Part shown: piece by piece, positions 37,101 through 47,561 of the stretch
How positions within the stretch are numbered: position 1 is the first letter of the stretch
How the letters are laid out: every line of letters starts with the position of its first letter
Source of the DNA: Candidatus Micrarchaeia archaeon
Lineage (GTDB): Archaea; Micrarchaeota; Micrarchaeia; CABMEP01
Assembly: GCA_038881595.1 (NCBI GenBank)
Contig: JAVZPM010000001.1
Location: 128,001-192,000, forward strand
Direction: 5' to 3'
DNA: 64,000 nucleotides
Translations under genes and position numbers: made by a program
Notes under the pieces: model-generated
Database searches by the model: none
What the model was told of the DNA's origin: nothing
The model's input: the letters and a program-made list of their open reading frames with translations, nothing else

Positions 37101-38795
37101 TTAAAAAGTAATGAATTCTCTTCCGAAATTAAAAAGAAATATAACTAAAGGAAGTAAAATAATAAAGTAACCAATAAAAGTCCTAAGTCTTCCTTCTTGC
37201 ATAGCTATAAATATTGAAGATAATAATACATAAATGATAATATAAACTTGAGCTGCATTTGTTGCAACTGTCAATATCTCATTTCTATTCTGTAAAGTTG
37301 TAACATCATTGTTTAATGGTTGAATGTTTGATATTAAATTTAAAATTACAGCTAGAATAATAGGAACGAATATACAACCTCCAATAAGAATAGTATATTT
37401 CTGCAATGCTAAAGAAGAAGCTTGTTCTTTTTTAAGCATGTTTAACTCAAAAATATCTTCTGCAGTTTCTTTTATTCCTTTGTGAACATCTCTTCCTGTT
37501 TTATAACATTGTATAAGAAGTGAAATCACTCTGTCTAGTAAAAGTGAACTGTTCCTATCTTTCATATTAAGAAGTGCGTGGTTTACACTAATTCCGACTT
37601 TTATCTGCCTTGATGCCTTTCTAAATTCATCAGATAAAGACTTGTATCCTGCGTTGGCTATGTTTTCTATTATTCTTTCCATTGGAACCCCTAGCTCAAG
37701 AGTAGCAGCATACATTAATGCATCTGGAAGATGTTGCTCTATCTCATTTGCTCTAATTTCAATTAGCCATAACAAGATGAAATATATTAATAATGGGAGA
37801 AGAAGGAAAAGTAATGAATAGTAATTTATTTCAAAGTAAAATATAATAGTTAGTAAAAATGAAATCAAAAATAAGTAAATTATAAACGTTTTAAACTTTA
37901 AATTTATTTTCATATTTTTAAGTTGCTCATCTAGCATTATTTCTTCTTTTTTAGATAGAAATTTTTCTGATAGATTTGAAAGAACTGTGGGTGTTGTAGA
38001 TTTTATATATACTATTAATAAGATATTTATAAGTGGGAATAAAACAACAAATGTGAACCATATATCATTTGGTGAAGTTTTCATATCTAGATATGTACTT
38101 GCTACTACAATGTATGCTAAAAACATTGTTGGTGCTATAGACGAAAATGCTATAAACATAAGACTTAGAAAACTAAGTTTTGCAGAGAACTCTTTAAATT
38201 TAAATCTTTGTGCATGAATTAATTCATCTGCACTATGTTTTAATTCCGTTCCATCCATACCTTCTAAATAAACGTGTATTAACTTGACCATTAATTTCTT
38301 AACTGTCTGAGAATCTACTCGCTCAGTTACTTGTCTAAGTGCTTCAGGTATTGAAGTACCACTGTCTATCATATTAATTACTTTTTTGAATTCCGCTGAA
38401 CATTTATAATTAGAGTTTGCTATATTTTCAAGGGCTGTTTCAAATGGTACTTTCATATTTAACTGGATACCAATCGACCTTATTGCAATTGGTAGATCTG
38501 ATTCTATTTCTAATGCTCTTCGCTTTGCTATATAAGAGGGAAGTTTCTTAAGAATAAGAAAATATGCGGTGGATAGCATAAAAAATATAAGTCCCAAACT
38601 TAGGTAATCAAATGAAGTACTTAGAGTGGATATAAAGTATGTAGAGATGGTACTTAAAACGATTGAAAAGAAAAAAGAATAAGTCAGATATTTGGAAGGT
38701 GAAATCTCTATATCGGCACGATATAAATCTAATACCATTTCTTTTTCCAATGATTTGAAATATTCTTTAATTATATTTTGAAATCTATTCTCCAA
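37101..38795 (-). CDS. Type IV pilus platform protein (TadC/PilC/ArlJ-like, two T2SS-F domains)
   Basis: Two repeats of IExxLPxA..G.P.E..EF....I..G.S...AL with TM helices, directly downstream of the ATPase. Confidence 0.88.
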   Translation of the reverse strand: MENRFQNIIKEYFKSLEKEMVLDLYRADIEISPSKYLTYSFFFSIVLSTISTYFISTLSTSFDYLSLGLIFFMLSTAYFLILKKLPSYIAKRRALEIESDLPIAIRSIGIQLNMKVPFETALENIANSNYKCSAEFKKVINMIDSGTSIPEALRQVTERVDSQTVKKLMVKLIHVYLEGMDGTELKHSADELIHAQRFKFKEFSAKLSFLSLMFIAFSSIAPTMFLAYIVVASTYLDMKTSPNDIWFTFVVLFPLINILLIVYIKSTTPTVLSNLSEKFLSKKEEIMLDEQLKNMKINLKFKTFIIYLFLISFLLTIIFYFEINYYSLLFLLLPLLIYFILLWLIEIRANEIEQHLPDALMYAATLELGVPMERIIENIANAGYKSLSDEFRKASRQIKVGISVNHALLNMKDRNSSLLLDRVISLLIQCYKTGRDVHKGIKETAEDIFELNMLKKEQASSLALQKYTILIGGCIFVPIILAVILNLISNIQPLNNDVTTLQNRNEILTVATNAAQVYIIIYVLLSSIFIAMQEGRLRTFIGYFIILLPLVIFLFNFGREFITF

Positions 38796-38832
38796 ATATT
38801 CACCTTAAACTATTCTACATTAATGATAAATG

Positions 38833-40227
38833 TTAAAGTTGATTGGTTGTATCTTGACTTAACGATAATTTAACATTTGAGAAAAATTTCTCTTGAACCT
38901 TAAATACAAAATCATGGAAAGAAGGGGTTTGAAAAGAGGACAAGAATTTTTTCCTGAAATTCAGCTCTTCATTTAACTCATTTTTACTCATACCAAAGCT
39001 CGAGGCAATATCTTCATATTTCGAAGATTTAGATGGATCACCCAACATAACGCCTGTTTTTCTATCGATTTGAAATATTTTATTTATCTCTCCTTCTGCG
39101 TTCATTTCTACTAATTCTATTCCTTTTCTCTCTTCCCAATATTTTCTTGTATTTGGATCATATCTCATCAATCTTCTTTGGATTACAATAAAATCTATAG
39201 ATGTCACATCATGTTTTGAAATTCCTAAAGTCAACATTCGCTTAATCAATTCTTCAGAAGACTGAGCATGAAACGTTGCGTAGCTACCTCTCGCCTGACC
39301 ACTAAGTATAGTTTCTATAAATGCTTCAGTTTCTTCCTTAGTTCTTATTTCACCTACTATTACTCTATCTGGCCTCATTCTTAAACTATCCTCGACAAGA
39401 CTTTTCATATTAATTTTTAATTCTGGATTAGAAAGAAGATTAATTTTGTGTGGGTGTGGTATATTTATCTCTGGTGTCTCTTCTATTATTAATATTCTAT
39501 CTGAAAGTGGAACGAATGAGAACATCGCATTTAAAGTGGTTGTTTTTCCACTAGAAGTGTTTCCTGCTATCAATATATTAAAATCAGATTGAAATACTAA
39601 AGAAAGAAATGCTATTGCATCTAGAGAATAAATTTTTTTCTGAAATAATTCAACTGGAGTTATTGGATTCGATCTAAATTTTCGTATAGTCATTTCTAAA
39701 TTAGATATCGGTGGGATAGATGCATGCAATCTTGAACCATCTGGAAGAACCGCATTAATCTTAGGATTTTGATAGGTAATTCTCCTACCAACTTGTCTTG
39801 CTATTTTATTAATAACAGAAATAGCGGTTTCTTGATTTCTGAATTTTAAATTTGTTTCGAGCCATCCTTTCTCCGTATGGTAAACATAAACAGGTTTACC
39901 TACACCTATAACTGCTATTTCTTCAATATTAGTATCTTGAAGGAATTCTTCAATTCCATTAAAACCATAAATATTATACATTAAATAATTAACAAAATAT
40001 TTCTCTTGATCCGGATCTAAAGATATGTGATGGTACTTACAATAATCGATAAGAAGTTCTGCTATTTCTTTCCTTACGTTTTTTGAAGAGATATCTTTGT
40101 TTTTAGATTCTTCTTTAAATAATTTAGTTATATCGACTATTATCTCCTCCTCTTCCTTAGATATAGGAGGAATAGAGAGTGAATAATCTTTCTTTTCTTT
40201 AACTATCTCCCAACCCAACATACCCAT
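38833..40227 (-). CDS. Type IV pilus assembly ATPase (TadA/CpaF/VirB11 family)
   Basis: LPDGSRL, TIRKF, Walker A GNTSSGKTT, IEETPE, LRMRPDRVIVGEIR and TFHA. Confidence 0.93.
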   Translation of the reverse strand: MGMLGWEIVKEKKDYSLSIPPISKEEEEIIVDITKLFKEESKNKDISSKNVRKEIAELLIDYCKYHHISLDPDQEKYFVNYLMYNIYGFNGIEEFLQDTNIEEIAVIGVGKPVYVYHTEKGWLETNLKFRNQETAISVINKIARQVGRRITYQNPKINAVLPDGSRLHASIPPISNLEMTIRKFRSNPITPVELFQKKIYSLDAIAFLSLVFQSDFNILIAGNTSSGKTTTLNAMFSFVPLSDRILIIEETPEINIPHPHKINLLSNPELKINMKSLVEDSLRMRPDRVIVGEIRTKEETEAFIETILSGQARGSYATFHAQSSEELIKRMLTLGISKHDVTSIDFIVIQRRLMRYDPNTRKYWEERKGIELVEMNAEGEINKIFQIDRKTGVMLGDPSKSSKYEDIASSFGMSKNELNEELNFRKKFLSSFQTPSFHDFVFKVQEKFFSNVKLSLSQDTTNQL

Positions 40228-40252
40228 CCAATTTTATATAGATAGTTAAAAC

Positions 40253-40960
40253 TTACCTTCCAAACCTTCTTTCTCTCTTTTTAATTTCCTCAATTGCACT
40301 ATAAAAATCTTTCTTTGTTATGTCTGGCCATAATTTTTTACAAAAATATAATTCTGAATATACTGATTGCCAAGGCATAAAACCGCTTAATCTAACTTCA
40401 CCACCAGATCTAAATATTATATCAGGATCCCCTAAATGTGGCGCGTAAAGATAATTTGAAAATGTATTTTCATTGACTTCATTAAGTTTGCCTGTTTTTG
40501 CATCCTTTATCATTTTATTTGCTGCATCAATAAGCTCTTTTCTTCCACCATAATTACAGAATATACCCAGTTTGTATTTCTTGTTTTTCGAAGTTAGTTT
40601 ATGTATTCTATCAATTTTATCTTTTATTTCTTTAGGAAAAGATGAAAAGTCTCCAACGAAAGTTATACTTATTTCTTTCCTTGCTTTTTCAAAATCTTTT
40701 GATGAAAGTAACTCATCTAACATTTTATTGAAAAGATCAAAAAGAGCGTCTACTTCTTCCTTTGACCTTTTCATATTTTCTGTTGAAAGTATCCAAATTG
40801 ATAGTGTAGTTACATCTAAATCTTTACACCATTCAATTAATTTTTTAAGTTTTTGTATTCCTGCCCAATGTCCTTCCTTTATAGATTTTCCTTTTCTTTT
40901 AGCCCATCTTCTATTTCCATCTGGAATTATTGCCAAGTGGATACCGCTCAATTTTTTCAC
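40253..40960 (-). CDS. uppS: cis-Isoprenyl (polyprenyl) diphosphate synthase
   Basis: HLAIIPDGNRRWA, STEN, NYGGR and RSGGEVRLSGF..RRFG. Confidence 0.95.
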   Translation of the reverse strand: MKKLSGIHLAIIPDGNRRWAKRKGKSIKEGHWAGIQKLKKLIEWCKDLDVTTLSIWILSTENMKRSKEEVDALFDLFNKMLDELLSSKDFEKARKEISITFVGDFSSFPKEIKDKIDRIHKLTSKNKKYKLGIFCNYGGRKELIDAANKMIKDAKTGKLNEVNENTFSNYLYAPHLGDPDIIFRSGGEVRLSGFMPWQSVYSELYFCKKLWPDITKKDFYSAIEEIKKRERRFGR

Positions 40961-40972
40961 CTTTCTTAATCG

Positions 40973-42496
40973 TTATTCAACCTTATTTAGATAGGGTATT
41001 GATCTTAAAATTTTTTGTGGAACTAAAGCATTGAAAATCTTAGTAATGAAACCTAAAACCTTAAAGCCGAGTATATTAGCAGATATTAAATAAATACTTA
41101 TTCCAAATAAGATAAACAAAAATAAATTAATAAACGAAGCGCCTGGATCAAAAAATAATCTTAATAGTAATATAGCTCCCGCCATTATTAAAGACGATAG
41201 TAATGGGATTTTTATTGGAAATATGAATTTAACTTTTAGAATTTTCTCACTCCATTTAACCATAACTACTAAACCAAATGCCCTTGAGACAACTGAAGCT
41301 GTTGCAGCTCCGATGATACCAATGACTGGAATTAAAATTAAGTTTAGGATTATATTTATAACTGATGCTAAGACTGCACACATTCCAATTTGTTTCGTTA
41401 GTTTTTTTGCACCTAGATATGAGTTTATCATTCCTGTAATAACGCCGTCAAAAATAAAATAAGATAAAATTATTAAAGGAAATGCTGCGTCCATATATTG
41501 AAGACCAAAAAATACATTTACTATTGAATCTGAAAGTAAAGCCAGGCCAAAAACTGCAGGTAAAGATATGAAAAGTAAATATTTTATTGTTTTATTTAAA
41601 TTTTCGAAAGAATCGTTTCCTTGTGATTCAGATGAAGTGAAATATGGAAAACTAACCTTACTTATTCCACTAAGTAATGAAGAACTAGAAGAGGCGATAG
41701 AAACGGCAATTCTATATACACCCACTGAAGTCGTACCTAGGAAGAATCCTAACATTATCGAATCTGTCCACATTGTAAATGTCGCTGCTATCGAAGTTAT
41801 TCCATAGAAGAACCCAAATGAAAACATATCCTGTAATGAATCCTCGCTTTTACCTGAGAATGAGATTACATTTCTTAGAATATATGACTGAATAAAAGTT
41901 GCTATTGCAACAGATATTATATATCCCATTATTGCTCCATCTACACCAAACCCTAAAATCACAAGTCCTGCAGATAGTATTAATCTTAATAATTGATTAA
42001 TTGTAGAGATAATTGATTCCTCTCTAAACTTTTTAATTCCATCAAGAATTCCTGAAAGAACGACAAAAAGATTATAAAATATAAAATAAATAGAACCTGC
42101 TAGAAAATATTTAGCTCCGTTTTGAATATTAAATAAAGATGCTAAATTTTCAGAAAATATGAACATTAAAAACGCGATAAAGAATATAATTGCTAATTTC
42201 CATCTTAAAGGTGATGCTAATTTATATTTTAATTCTTTTTTATTTTTATCATACTTTGATGAAAGGTAAACTATATAGTAATTTAAACCTATTTCCGATA
42301 TAGAAGAAAGAAAAGAAACAACTGCTATTATTGTAGATAATATACCCCAATTTTCTTTATCTAAAAGCCTTGCAAGAATTACAGTTGATATTAGACCTAA
42401 AAATAATATAAAAAAAATTCCTGAATAAGCCCAGAATGAAGACTTTATCATTTCATTCATAGATTTTCTTTTATCTGTTTCTGTTTTAAAACCCAT
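40973..42496 (-). CDS. Oligosaccharide flippase (Wzx/MOP family)
   Basis: Many TM segments with LARLL..WG, TDSIMLG..VGVYRIA and NIILNLILIP..GIIGAATAS. Confidence 0.9.
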   Translation of the reverse strand: MGFKTETDKRKSMNEMIKSSFWAYSGIFFILFLGLISTVILARLLDKENWGILSTIIAVVSFLSSISEIGLNYYIVYLSSKYDKNKKELKYKLASPLRWKLAIIFFIAFLMFIFSENLASLFNIQNGAKYFLAGSIYFIFYNLFVVLSGILDGIKKFREESIISTINQLLRLILSAGLVILGFGVDGAIMGYIISVAIATFIQSYILRNVISFSGKSEDSLQDMFSFGFFYGITSIAATFTMWTDSIMLGFFLGTTSVGVYRIAVSIASSSSSLLSGISKVSFPYFTSSESQGNDSFENLNKTIKYLLFISLPAVFGLALLSDSIVNVFFGLQYMDAAFPLIILSYFIFDGVITGMINSYLGAKKLTKQIGMCAVLASVINIILNLILIPVIGIIGAATASVVSRAFGLVVMVKWSEKILKVKFIFPIKIPLLSSLIMAGAILLLRLFFDPGASFINLFLFILFGISIYLISANILGFKVLGFITKIFNALVPQKILRSIPYLNKVE

Positions 42497-42542
42497 AAAT
42501 AAATTTAGATGGAAAGTAATAAAAGATTAAATAATTTATAAA

Positions 42543-43187
42543 TTAAAATTTAAGGAAAAGAAAAGCTAAAATTCCAGCTACAAGAGTACATATAAAATTC
42601 GATGTACTTTTAGTTCCTAATCCTTTTTCTTCAAATACTCCTGCTATTGAATCAGCTAAACTTCCAAGAAAACCAAAGAATCCTATCAATAATATATTCA
42701 AAGGATTGAAAGAATATACAAAGTACGCCACAACACCTATTATTAAAGAACCAACGAAAGATAGATATGTTCCTAAAATTGAAATTGCTCCAGAAGTACC
42801 TTGCCTTACAGGTTTGAATGTAGCTAATGATATTGGATTCGGGGACAGTACACCTAATTCAGAAGCAAATTTATCTGCCATGGCACCTGCAAAAGCAGAA
42901 ACATAAGATAATATCCATATAGGATCGTTAGTTATATAATAAAATCCGCATGAAATAAGTGGGAATAGTGAATTTGAAAGTACGTTCTGCCAACTTCTTT
43001 CATGTTCATATACTCCTTTCTCTTTCTTTTCTTCATACATATATTTTGTTATCCCAACTCCTATTATCAAAAAAGTTAAAGCTATTATAAGGTTCTGAAT
43101 CGCAAAAGGACCTGAAAGAATATAAACTAAAAATGCTGCTATTAATACTGAAAATATTCCTATTGCATCAAGTAAAAGTAATCTCAT
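42543..43187 (-). CDS. DUF92/TMEM19 family membrane protein
   Basis: RSWQNVLSN, ADKFASELG, GTSGAISILG and GSLADS. Confidence 0.88.
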   Translation of the reverse strand: MRLLLLDAIGIFSVLIAAFLVYILSGPFAIQNLIIALTFLIIGVGITKYMYEEKKEKGVYEHERSWQNVLSNSLFPLISCGFYYITNDPIWILSYVSAFAGAMADKFASELGVLSPNPISLATFKPVRQGTSGAISILGTYLSFVGSLIIGVVAYFVYSFNPLNILLIGFFGFLGSLADSIAGVFEEKGLGTKSTSNFICTLVAGILAFLFLKF

Positions 43188-43215
43188 AAAACCACTTTGT
43201 ATGAATAATCAATTT

Positions 43216-44229
43216 TTATTTATTCCCTATTCCATCTACAGAGATAATTCCTCTCTCTACTTTAAATTGTTTTCCAGTAAAAAGAGGGATTACATTCATG
43301 CATGATTGCATGTGCTCTGTTATTTTATTAACTTTTATCTCGGATTTCCCAGAAGCTAAAGCCATATATATTAAAAGTTGATCTCCCATCCAATCATCTA
43401 CACAACCTTTTGATTTTATTAACTTGTTTAGATTTTTTGCACAGTTTAAAGCAAGTTTTTCAGCTTTTAAACCTTTTTCACCTAAAACATCATAACCTAA
43501 TATTGTATTTTCATATTCTGCCCAAAGAGTTATAGAATTACCTGCAGAATGTGATATTTTATTTCTTTTATTTAGAATAATACCTGGAAAGATTTCTCTT
43601 ATACTTTCTTCTTCTCTATCCATAATATCTTCAGGAAGGTTTGATTGGGAAATAATTCCGTTTATTGATTTTAGATTTATTTTTTTAGTCAATGATAATG
43701 GATTAATATTAGATGGTTTTACAAAAAGAATCACTTTTCCTCCACCTTTTGGATACCATCCAAACTCTTCTACAAGTATTTCTGCGTTAACATTCATTTT
43801 TCTAATAAGAGGTAAAAATACGTTTTCGAAATAATCAATTGAAGGAGAATGTGAAACATGTGTTCCACCTTTAAAAGATATCTTAGAAGGTCTATCTGCA
43901 TATAACATTACTGGAAGAATTGATTGCATAAGAAGTGAAATAGAACCTGCTGTTCCTATATCAAATTCATAATACCCACCTATTATTTTATTAGGTTTAA
44001 AAAATAGTTCTGTAGAACCTATTACGTTTCCCTGCACTTCTGCTTTTGTAATCAATGAAAGTGAATTTACAGATGTTAGGTGTTGAGGTTGTAAGCCTGG
44101 CTTTGGTCTTTTTGCTCTTATATTTTTTATACTAAACGGAATACCTGTAATACAAGAAAGAGCCAATGCGACCCTTAATATCTGACCTCCTCCTTCACCT
44201 ATAGAGCCGTCTATTATAATCGGATCCAT
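43216..44229 (-). CDS. rtcA: RNA 3'-terminal phosphate cyclase
   Basis: DGSIGEGGGQILR, RPKPGLQPQH, GTAGS, GGTH, GWYPKGGG, DQLL and ITEH. ATG at 44229 with a GGTGA RBS. Confidence 0.95.
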   Translation of the reverse strand: MDPIIIDGSIGEGGGQILRVALALSCITGIPFSIKNIRAKRPKPGLQPQHLTSVNSLSLITKAEVQGNVIGSTELFFKPNKIIGGYYEFDIGTAGSISLLMQSILPVMLYADRPSKISFKGGTHVSHSPSIDYFENVFLPLIRKMNVNAEILVEEFGWYPKGGGKVILFVKPSNINPLSLTKKINLKSINGIISQSNLPEDIMDREEESIREIFPGIILNKRNKISHSAGNSITLWAEYENTILGYDVLGEKGLKAEKLALNCAKNLNKLIKSKGCVDDWMGDQLLIYMALASGKSEIKVNKITEHMQSCMNVIPLFTGKQFKVERGIISVDGIGNK

Positions 44230-44245
44230 AAATTTCACCTATAGT

Positions 44246-44322
44246 GAAAAGAAAGAGGCCAGTGCGTTCGCACTGGCGAGGCGACCAATTTGAGGCAGAT
44301 GTACAAAATTCGATGTACCCTC
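44246..44322 (-). other. GC-rich structured element upstream of rtcA (hairpin followed by a U-rich tract); candidate leader, terminator or small ncRNA
   Basis: Perfect inverted repeat GCCAGTGCG/CGCACTGGC at 44258-44277 followed on the minus strand by CTCTTTCTTTT. A second possible stem GAGG-GTACA...TGTAC..CCTC lies upstream. Confidence 0.45.
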
Positions 44323-44340
44323 TATTAGTATAATATCTAA

Positions 44341-44356
44341 AAGATTTATAAATCTT
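44341..44356. promoter_or_regulatory. Palindromic TATA-box region between the divergent rtcA and truD genes
   Basis: Perfect 16-bp palindrome AAGATTTATAAATCTT containing TTTATAAA on both strands. Confidence 0.5.
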
Positions 44357-44520
44357 ACTATATTAATCGATTTAATATAAATATTTTTTCTTTTAACCAT
44401 ACTTCCTATACTTCCACTAAAAATTAAAATTAAGAATATAAATAGGCCGACCCTTTCTTCAAGTAAACTTTCTATTTGAAATGTTTTAATAGTTTTAGAA
44501 GAAATTTAATTGGGGATCTG

Positions 44521-45687
44521 ATGGATTTTAAAGTTTTAGCACACCTTTCTAAAAAGAAAGGTTGTGGTGGAAAAAGAGTTGAAGAACCTGAAGGATTCAT
44601 AGTTGAGGAAATTTTTAATGGAAAAAATGTAAAAGAGCTGAATCTTAAAGAAGAGAAAGAAACAGAATATATTACATTTGTATTAAAAAAGAAAAATTAT
44701 ACTACTTATGAAGCACTAAAAACTATATCAGAACGACTTCATATAGAGATAGATAGATTTAGTGTTGCGGGACAAAAGGATAAAAATGCTATAACATATC
44801 AATTAGTTTCTTGCTGGAAAGGTAAAGATATTACATCTCAAAAACTTCTTAATGCGATTAAGGGAGAAGAAAATATAGAAATAGTCAAATTATGGAATAC
44901 AGATTATAAGATCAAGATTGGTGAATTAACTGGAAATAGTTTTACTGTAAGAATTAAAGACGTTGAAAATATAGACAATATTTATGAAATAATGAAAGAT
45001 AATAAAGATAAAATACCTAATTATTTCGGACCGCAGAGGTTTGGAACTAGATCTACGAATGTTAAAGTTGCAAGATATTTATTATTAAAGAATTATGAAG
45101 CTGCAATTAAAAACCTACTTCAAATACCTGAAAATGAAAACATGAATGATGTTGATAATTTGAATAATATTGGTTTATATGAGAAAAAAATCGCTAGATT
45201 TCTTAAAGGTAAGACTGAACCTAAAGACTTTATGCGCGCTTTAAAAATCATTCCTCACTCTATCTTAAAATTAATACTTGAATCATACCAATCATATTTA
45301 TTTAATTTAGAATTAAGTTATAGAATAGAAAACAATTTGCTTGAACCTATGCAAAATGATAAAACTTGTGGCTTTAATAAGTATGGATTTATAGATGTAA
45401 ATATGCCTGGAAATGAAGTTGTTTGTACTCAATTAATCGGATATGATAGTAAACCAAATAACATAACAAAAGACATATTATGGGAAGAAGGTATAGAAAT
45501 TGGTGATTTTAAACTTCGTGAACTTTCTAATGTCAGCTTAAAAGGTTCTTGGCGTCCATTACTTGTCAATGTAAAAGATTTAAATATTAAGAAAGATAAA
45601 AATGAATACGAATTAAAATTTAAACTAACAAAAGGAGCATACGCGACTAGCGCTTTAAGAGAATTTATGGATATAAAAAGAATATAA
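44521..45687 (+). CDS. truD: tRNA pseudouridine(13) synthase
   Basis: FIVEE, AGQKDKNAITYQ, GNSF, PNYFGPQRFG, YQSYLFN and GAYATSALRE. Confidence 0.95.
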   Translation: MDFKVLAHLSKKKGCGGKRVEEPEGFIVEEIFNGKNVKELNLKEEKETEYITFVLKKKNYTTYEALKTISERLHIEIDRFSVAGQKDKNAITYQLVSCWKGKDITSQKLLNAIKGEENIEIVKLWNTDYKIKIGELTGNSFTVRIKDVENIDNIYEIMKDNKDKIPNYFGPQRFGTRSTNVKVARYLLLKNYEAAIKNLLQIPENENMNDVDNLNNIGLYEKKIARFLKGKTEPKDFMRALKIIPHSILKLILESYQSYLFNLELSYRIENNLLEPMQNDKTCGFNKYGFIDVNMPGNEVVCTQLIGYDSKPNNITKDILWEEGIEIGDFKLRELSNVSLKGSWRPLLVNVKDLNIKKDKNEYELKFKLTKGAYATSALREFMDIKRI

Positions 45688-45697
45688 GAGGATTAAA

Positions 45698-46879
45698 ATG
45701 AATCTTCAATTCAATAGAATAATAGAATATATTATGATGTTCTTAGTTCTTTTTTTTACTACAACAATGTTATTAATATATCTAAAAAACAGAAAAAAAG
45801 TTAGAGAAACTGCAAAAAGAACTAAATATGAACCTACGGTGAGTTTCATCATTCCTGCATATAATGAAGAAGAAACTATATTAGATACTATAAAATCTGT
45901 TTTGAAATCAGACTATCCAAAAGACAAAATTGAGATTATTGTTGTAAATGATGGATCTACTGATAAAACTGCTGAAGTTGTAAAGACAATTAAAGATAAA
46001 AGAGTTAAATTGATAAATAAGAAAAATAGTGGAAAAGCAGATTCTTTAAACAAAGGAATAGAAAAAGCAAAAGGAGAGATTATCGTAACTTTAGACGCTG
46101 ATTCATATATTGAAAAAGACAGTCTAAGAAAAATGATTTCTTACTTTAAAGATGATGTAGCAGCCGTTACCTCAGCTGTAAAAGTAAAGGAAAGAGAAAA
46201 TATGACTTTTCTTGAGAAGCTCCAAAGATTGGAATATTTATTTACTATATTTAATAGAAGATTATTTGCTATGATTAATGGAGTTTATGTAACACCTGGT
46301 CCGTTTAGTGCTTTCAGAAGAGAAATATTTGATATTGTTGGTGGATTTGACCCTAATAACATAATGGAAGATCAAGAAATCGCATTGAGAATACAGGCTG
46401 CAAATTATAAAATAGAGAGCTGTATGGATGCTGTTGTTTATACTGATGTTCCTAAAGACTTCTCTTCATTCATGAAACAAAGAGAAAGATGGCATCGTGG
46501 TGGATTTAGAAACGTGCTTAAGTATGCATATACTATAAATCCTAAATATGGTGACTTTGGAGTATTTGTAATGTTTTATAGTGTACTATCTATAATTTTA
46601 TTAATTGTTGTTTCTTTAGCTGTGGCTACTGCTGTTTCAAAAGGTAATTTTTTAGTTTTTGACAAACTTCTTCTTACGATAGAACCTATTCATATATTAT
46701 CAGCAATAGTTCTTATTATCACATTAGCATGGACAGTAATTGCACTAAAAGAGATGAAGGAAAATAGAATAAAAAAAAGAGATTTGATAATTTATACTAT
46801 ATTATATTGCTATCTAATAACATTATTTATGTTTATTGCTATATTTAAAGAGCTAAAGGGAGAAAAACAAAGATGGTAA
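45698..46879 (+). CDS. Processive membrane GT2 glycosyltransferase (cellulose synthase/PgaC-like)
   Basis: IPAYNEE, DGSTD, GKADSLN, DADS, MEDQE and QRERW motifs with N- and C-terminal TM helices. Confidence 0.9.
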   Translation: MNLQFNRIIEYIMMFLVLFFTTTMLLIYLKNRKKVRETAKRTKYEPTVSFIIPAYNEEETILDTIKSVLKSDYPKDKIEIIVVNDGSTDKTAEVVKTIKDKRVKLINKKNSGKADSLNKGIEKAKGEIIVTLDADSYIEKDSLRKMISYFKDDVAAVTSAVKVKERENMTFLEKLQRLEYLFTIFNRRLFAMINGVYVTPGPFSAFRREIFDIVGGFDPNNIMEDQEIALRIQAANYKIESCMDAVVYTDVPKDFSSFMKQRERWHRGGFRNVLKYAYTINPKYGDFGVFVMFYSVLSIILLIVVSLAVATAVSKGNFLVFDKLLLTIEPIHILSAIVLIITLAWTVIALKEMKENRIKKRDLIIYTILYCYLITLFMFIAIFKELKGEKQRW

Positions 46880-46897
46880 AAGGAAATTGGTGATTTT

Positions 46898-47542
46898 ATG
46901 ACATTGAAGAAATTAGAAAGAAAGATTAGCTGGGACCTATACTTGACTGCTTTTGTTATATCTTTAGTAATATTTAGCATAGGTGTATGGTTTGGATTAC
47001 AAATAGAAAAAACTGTTTATGAGCAAATGATTGAAAAAATTACAAATTTAAATAACCATATTATCGCAGTTGGGAATCTATTACTTCTTGAAAATGATAA
47101 AAGTTATTGTGAGTACATCAAAAGTGAGATTGCTAAATTTGATGAAGAGACATATGAACTTGGAAAACAGATAGAATTTATGGAAGATAGAAGAGGTATA
47201 GATGAAGAAGTTAAAATAAATTATATGGAACTTGAATTTAGAGATTATTTATTAGCTAAAAAAGTAAACCAAATCTGTGGAGAAAAGCAAAATTTAATTT
47301 TATACTTTGTAAATAGTGAAACCTGTCAAAAATGTAAAGAACAGGGAGAAATTATAACATCCGCAAGAACTAAAACAAATACTAAAGTATATACTTTTGA
47401 TCTTTCAATAAACACAAGTTTAGTAAATGCGTTAAAGAAGAGATATGAAATAAGAGATGATTCGTTACCAATAATTATTATAAATGATCAAATTAATTTT
47501 GGTTTTATGAATGAAGAAGAGATAATTTCTAAATTGAATTAA
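46898..47542 (+). CDS. Membrane-anchored protein with a C-terminal thioredoxin-like CxxC domain
   Basis: N-terminal TM helix, helical region, ILYF...CQKC and LPIIIIN. Confidence 0.65.
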   Translation: MTLKKLERKISWDLYLTAFVISLVIFSIGVWFGLQIEKTVYEQMIEKITNLNNHIIAVGNLLLLENDKSYCEYIKSEIAKFDEETYELGKQIEFMEDRRGIDEEVKINYMELEFRDYLLAKKVNQICGEKQNLILYFVNSETCQKCKEQGEIITSARTKTNTKVYTFDLSINTSLVNALKKRYEIRDDSLPIIIINDQINFGFMNEEEIISKLN

Positions 47543-47561
47543 TTAAGTTACAAAAGGGTTT

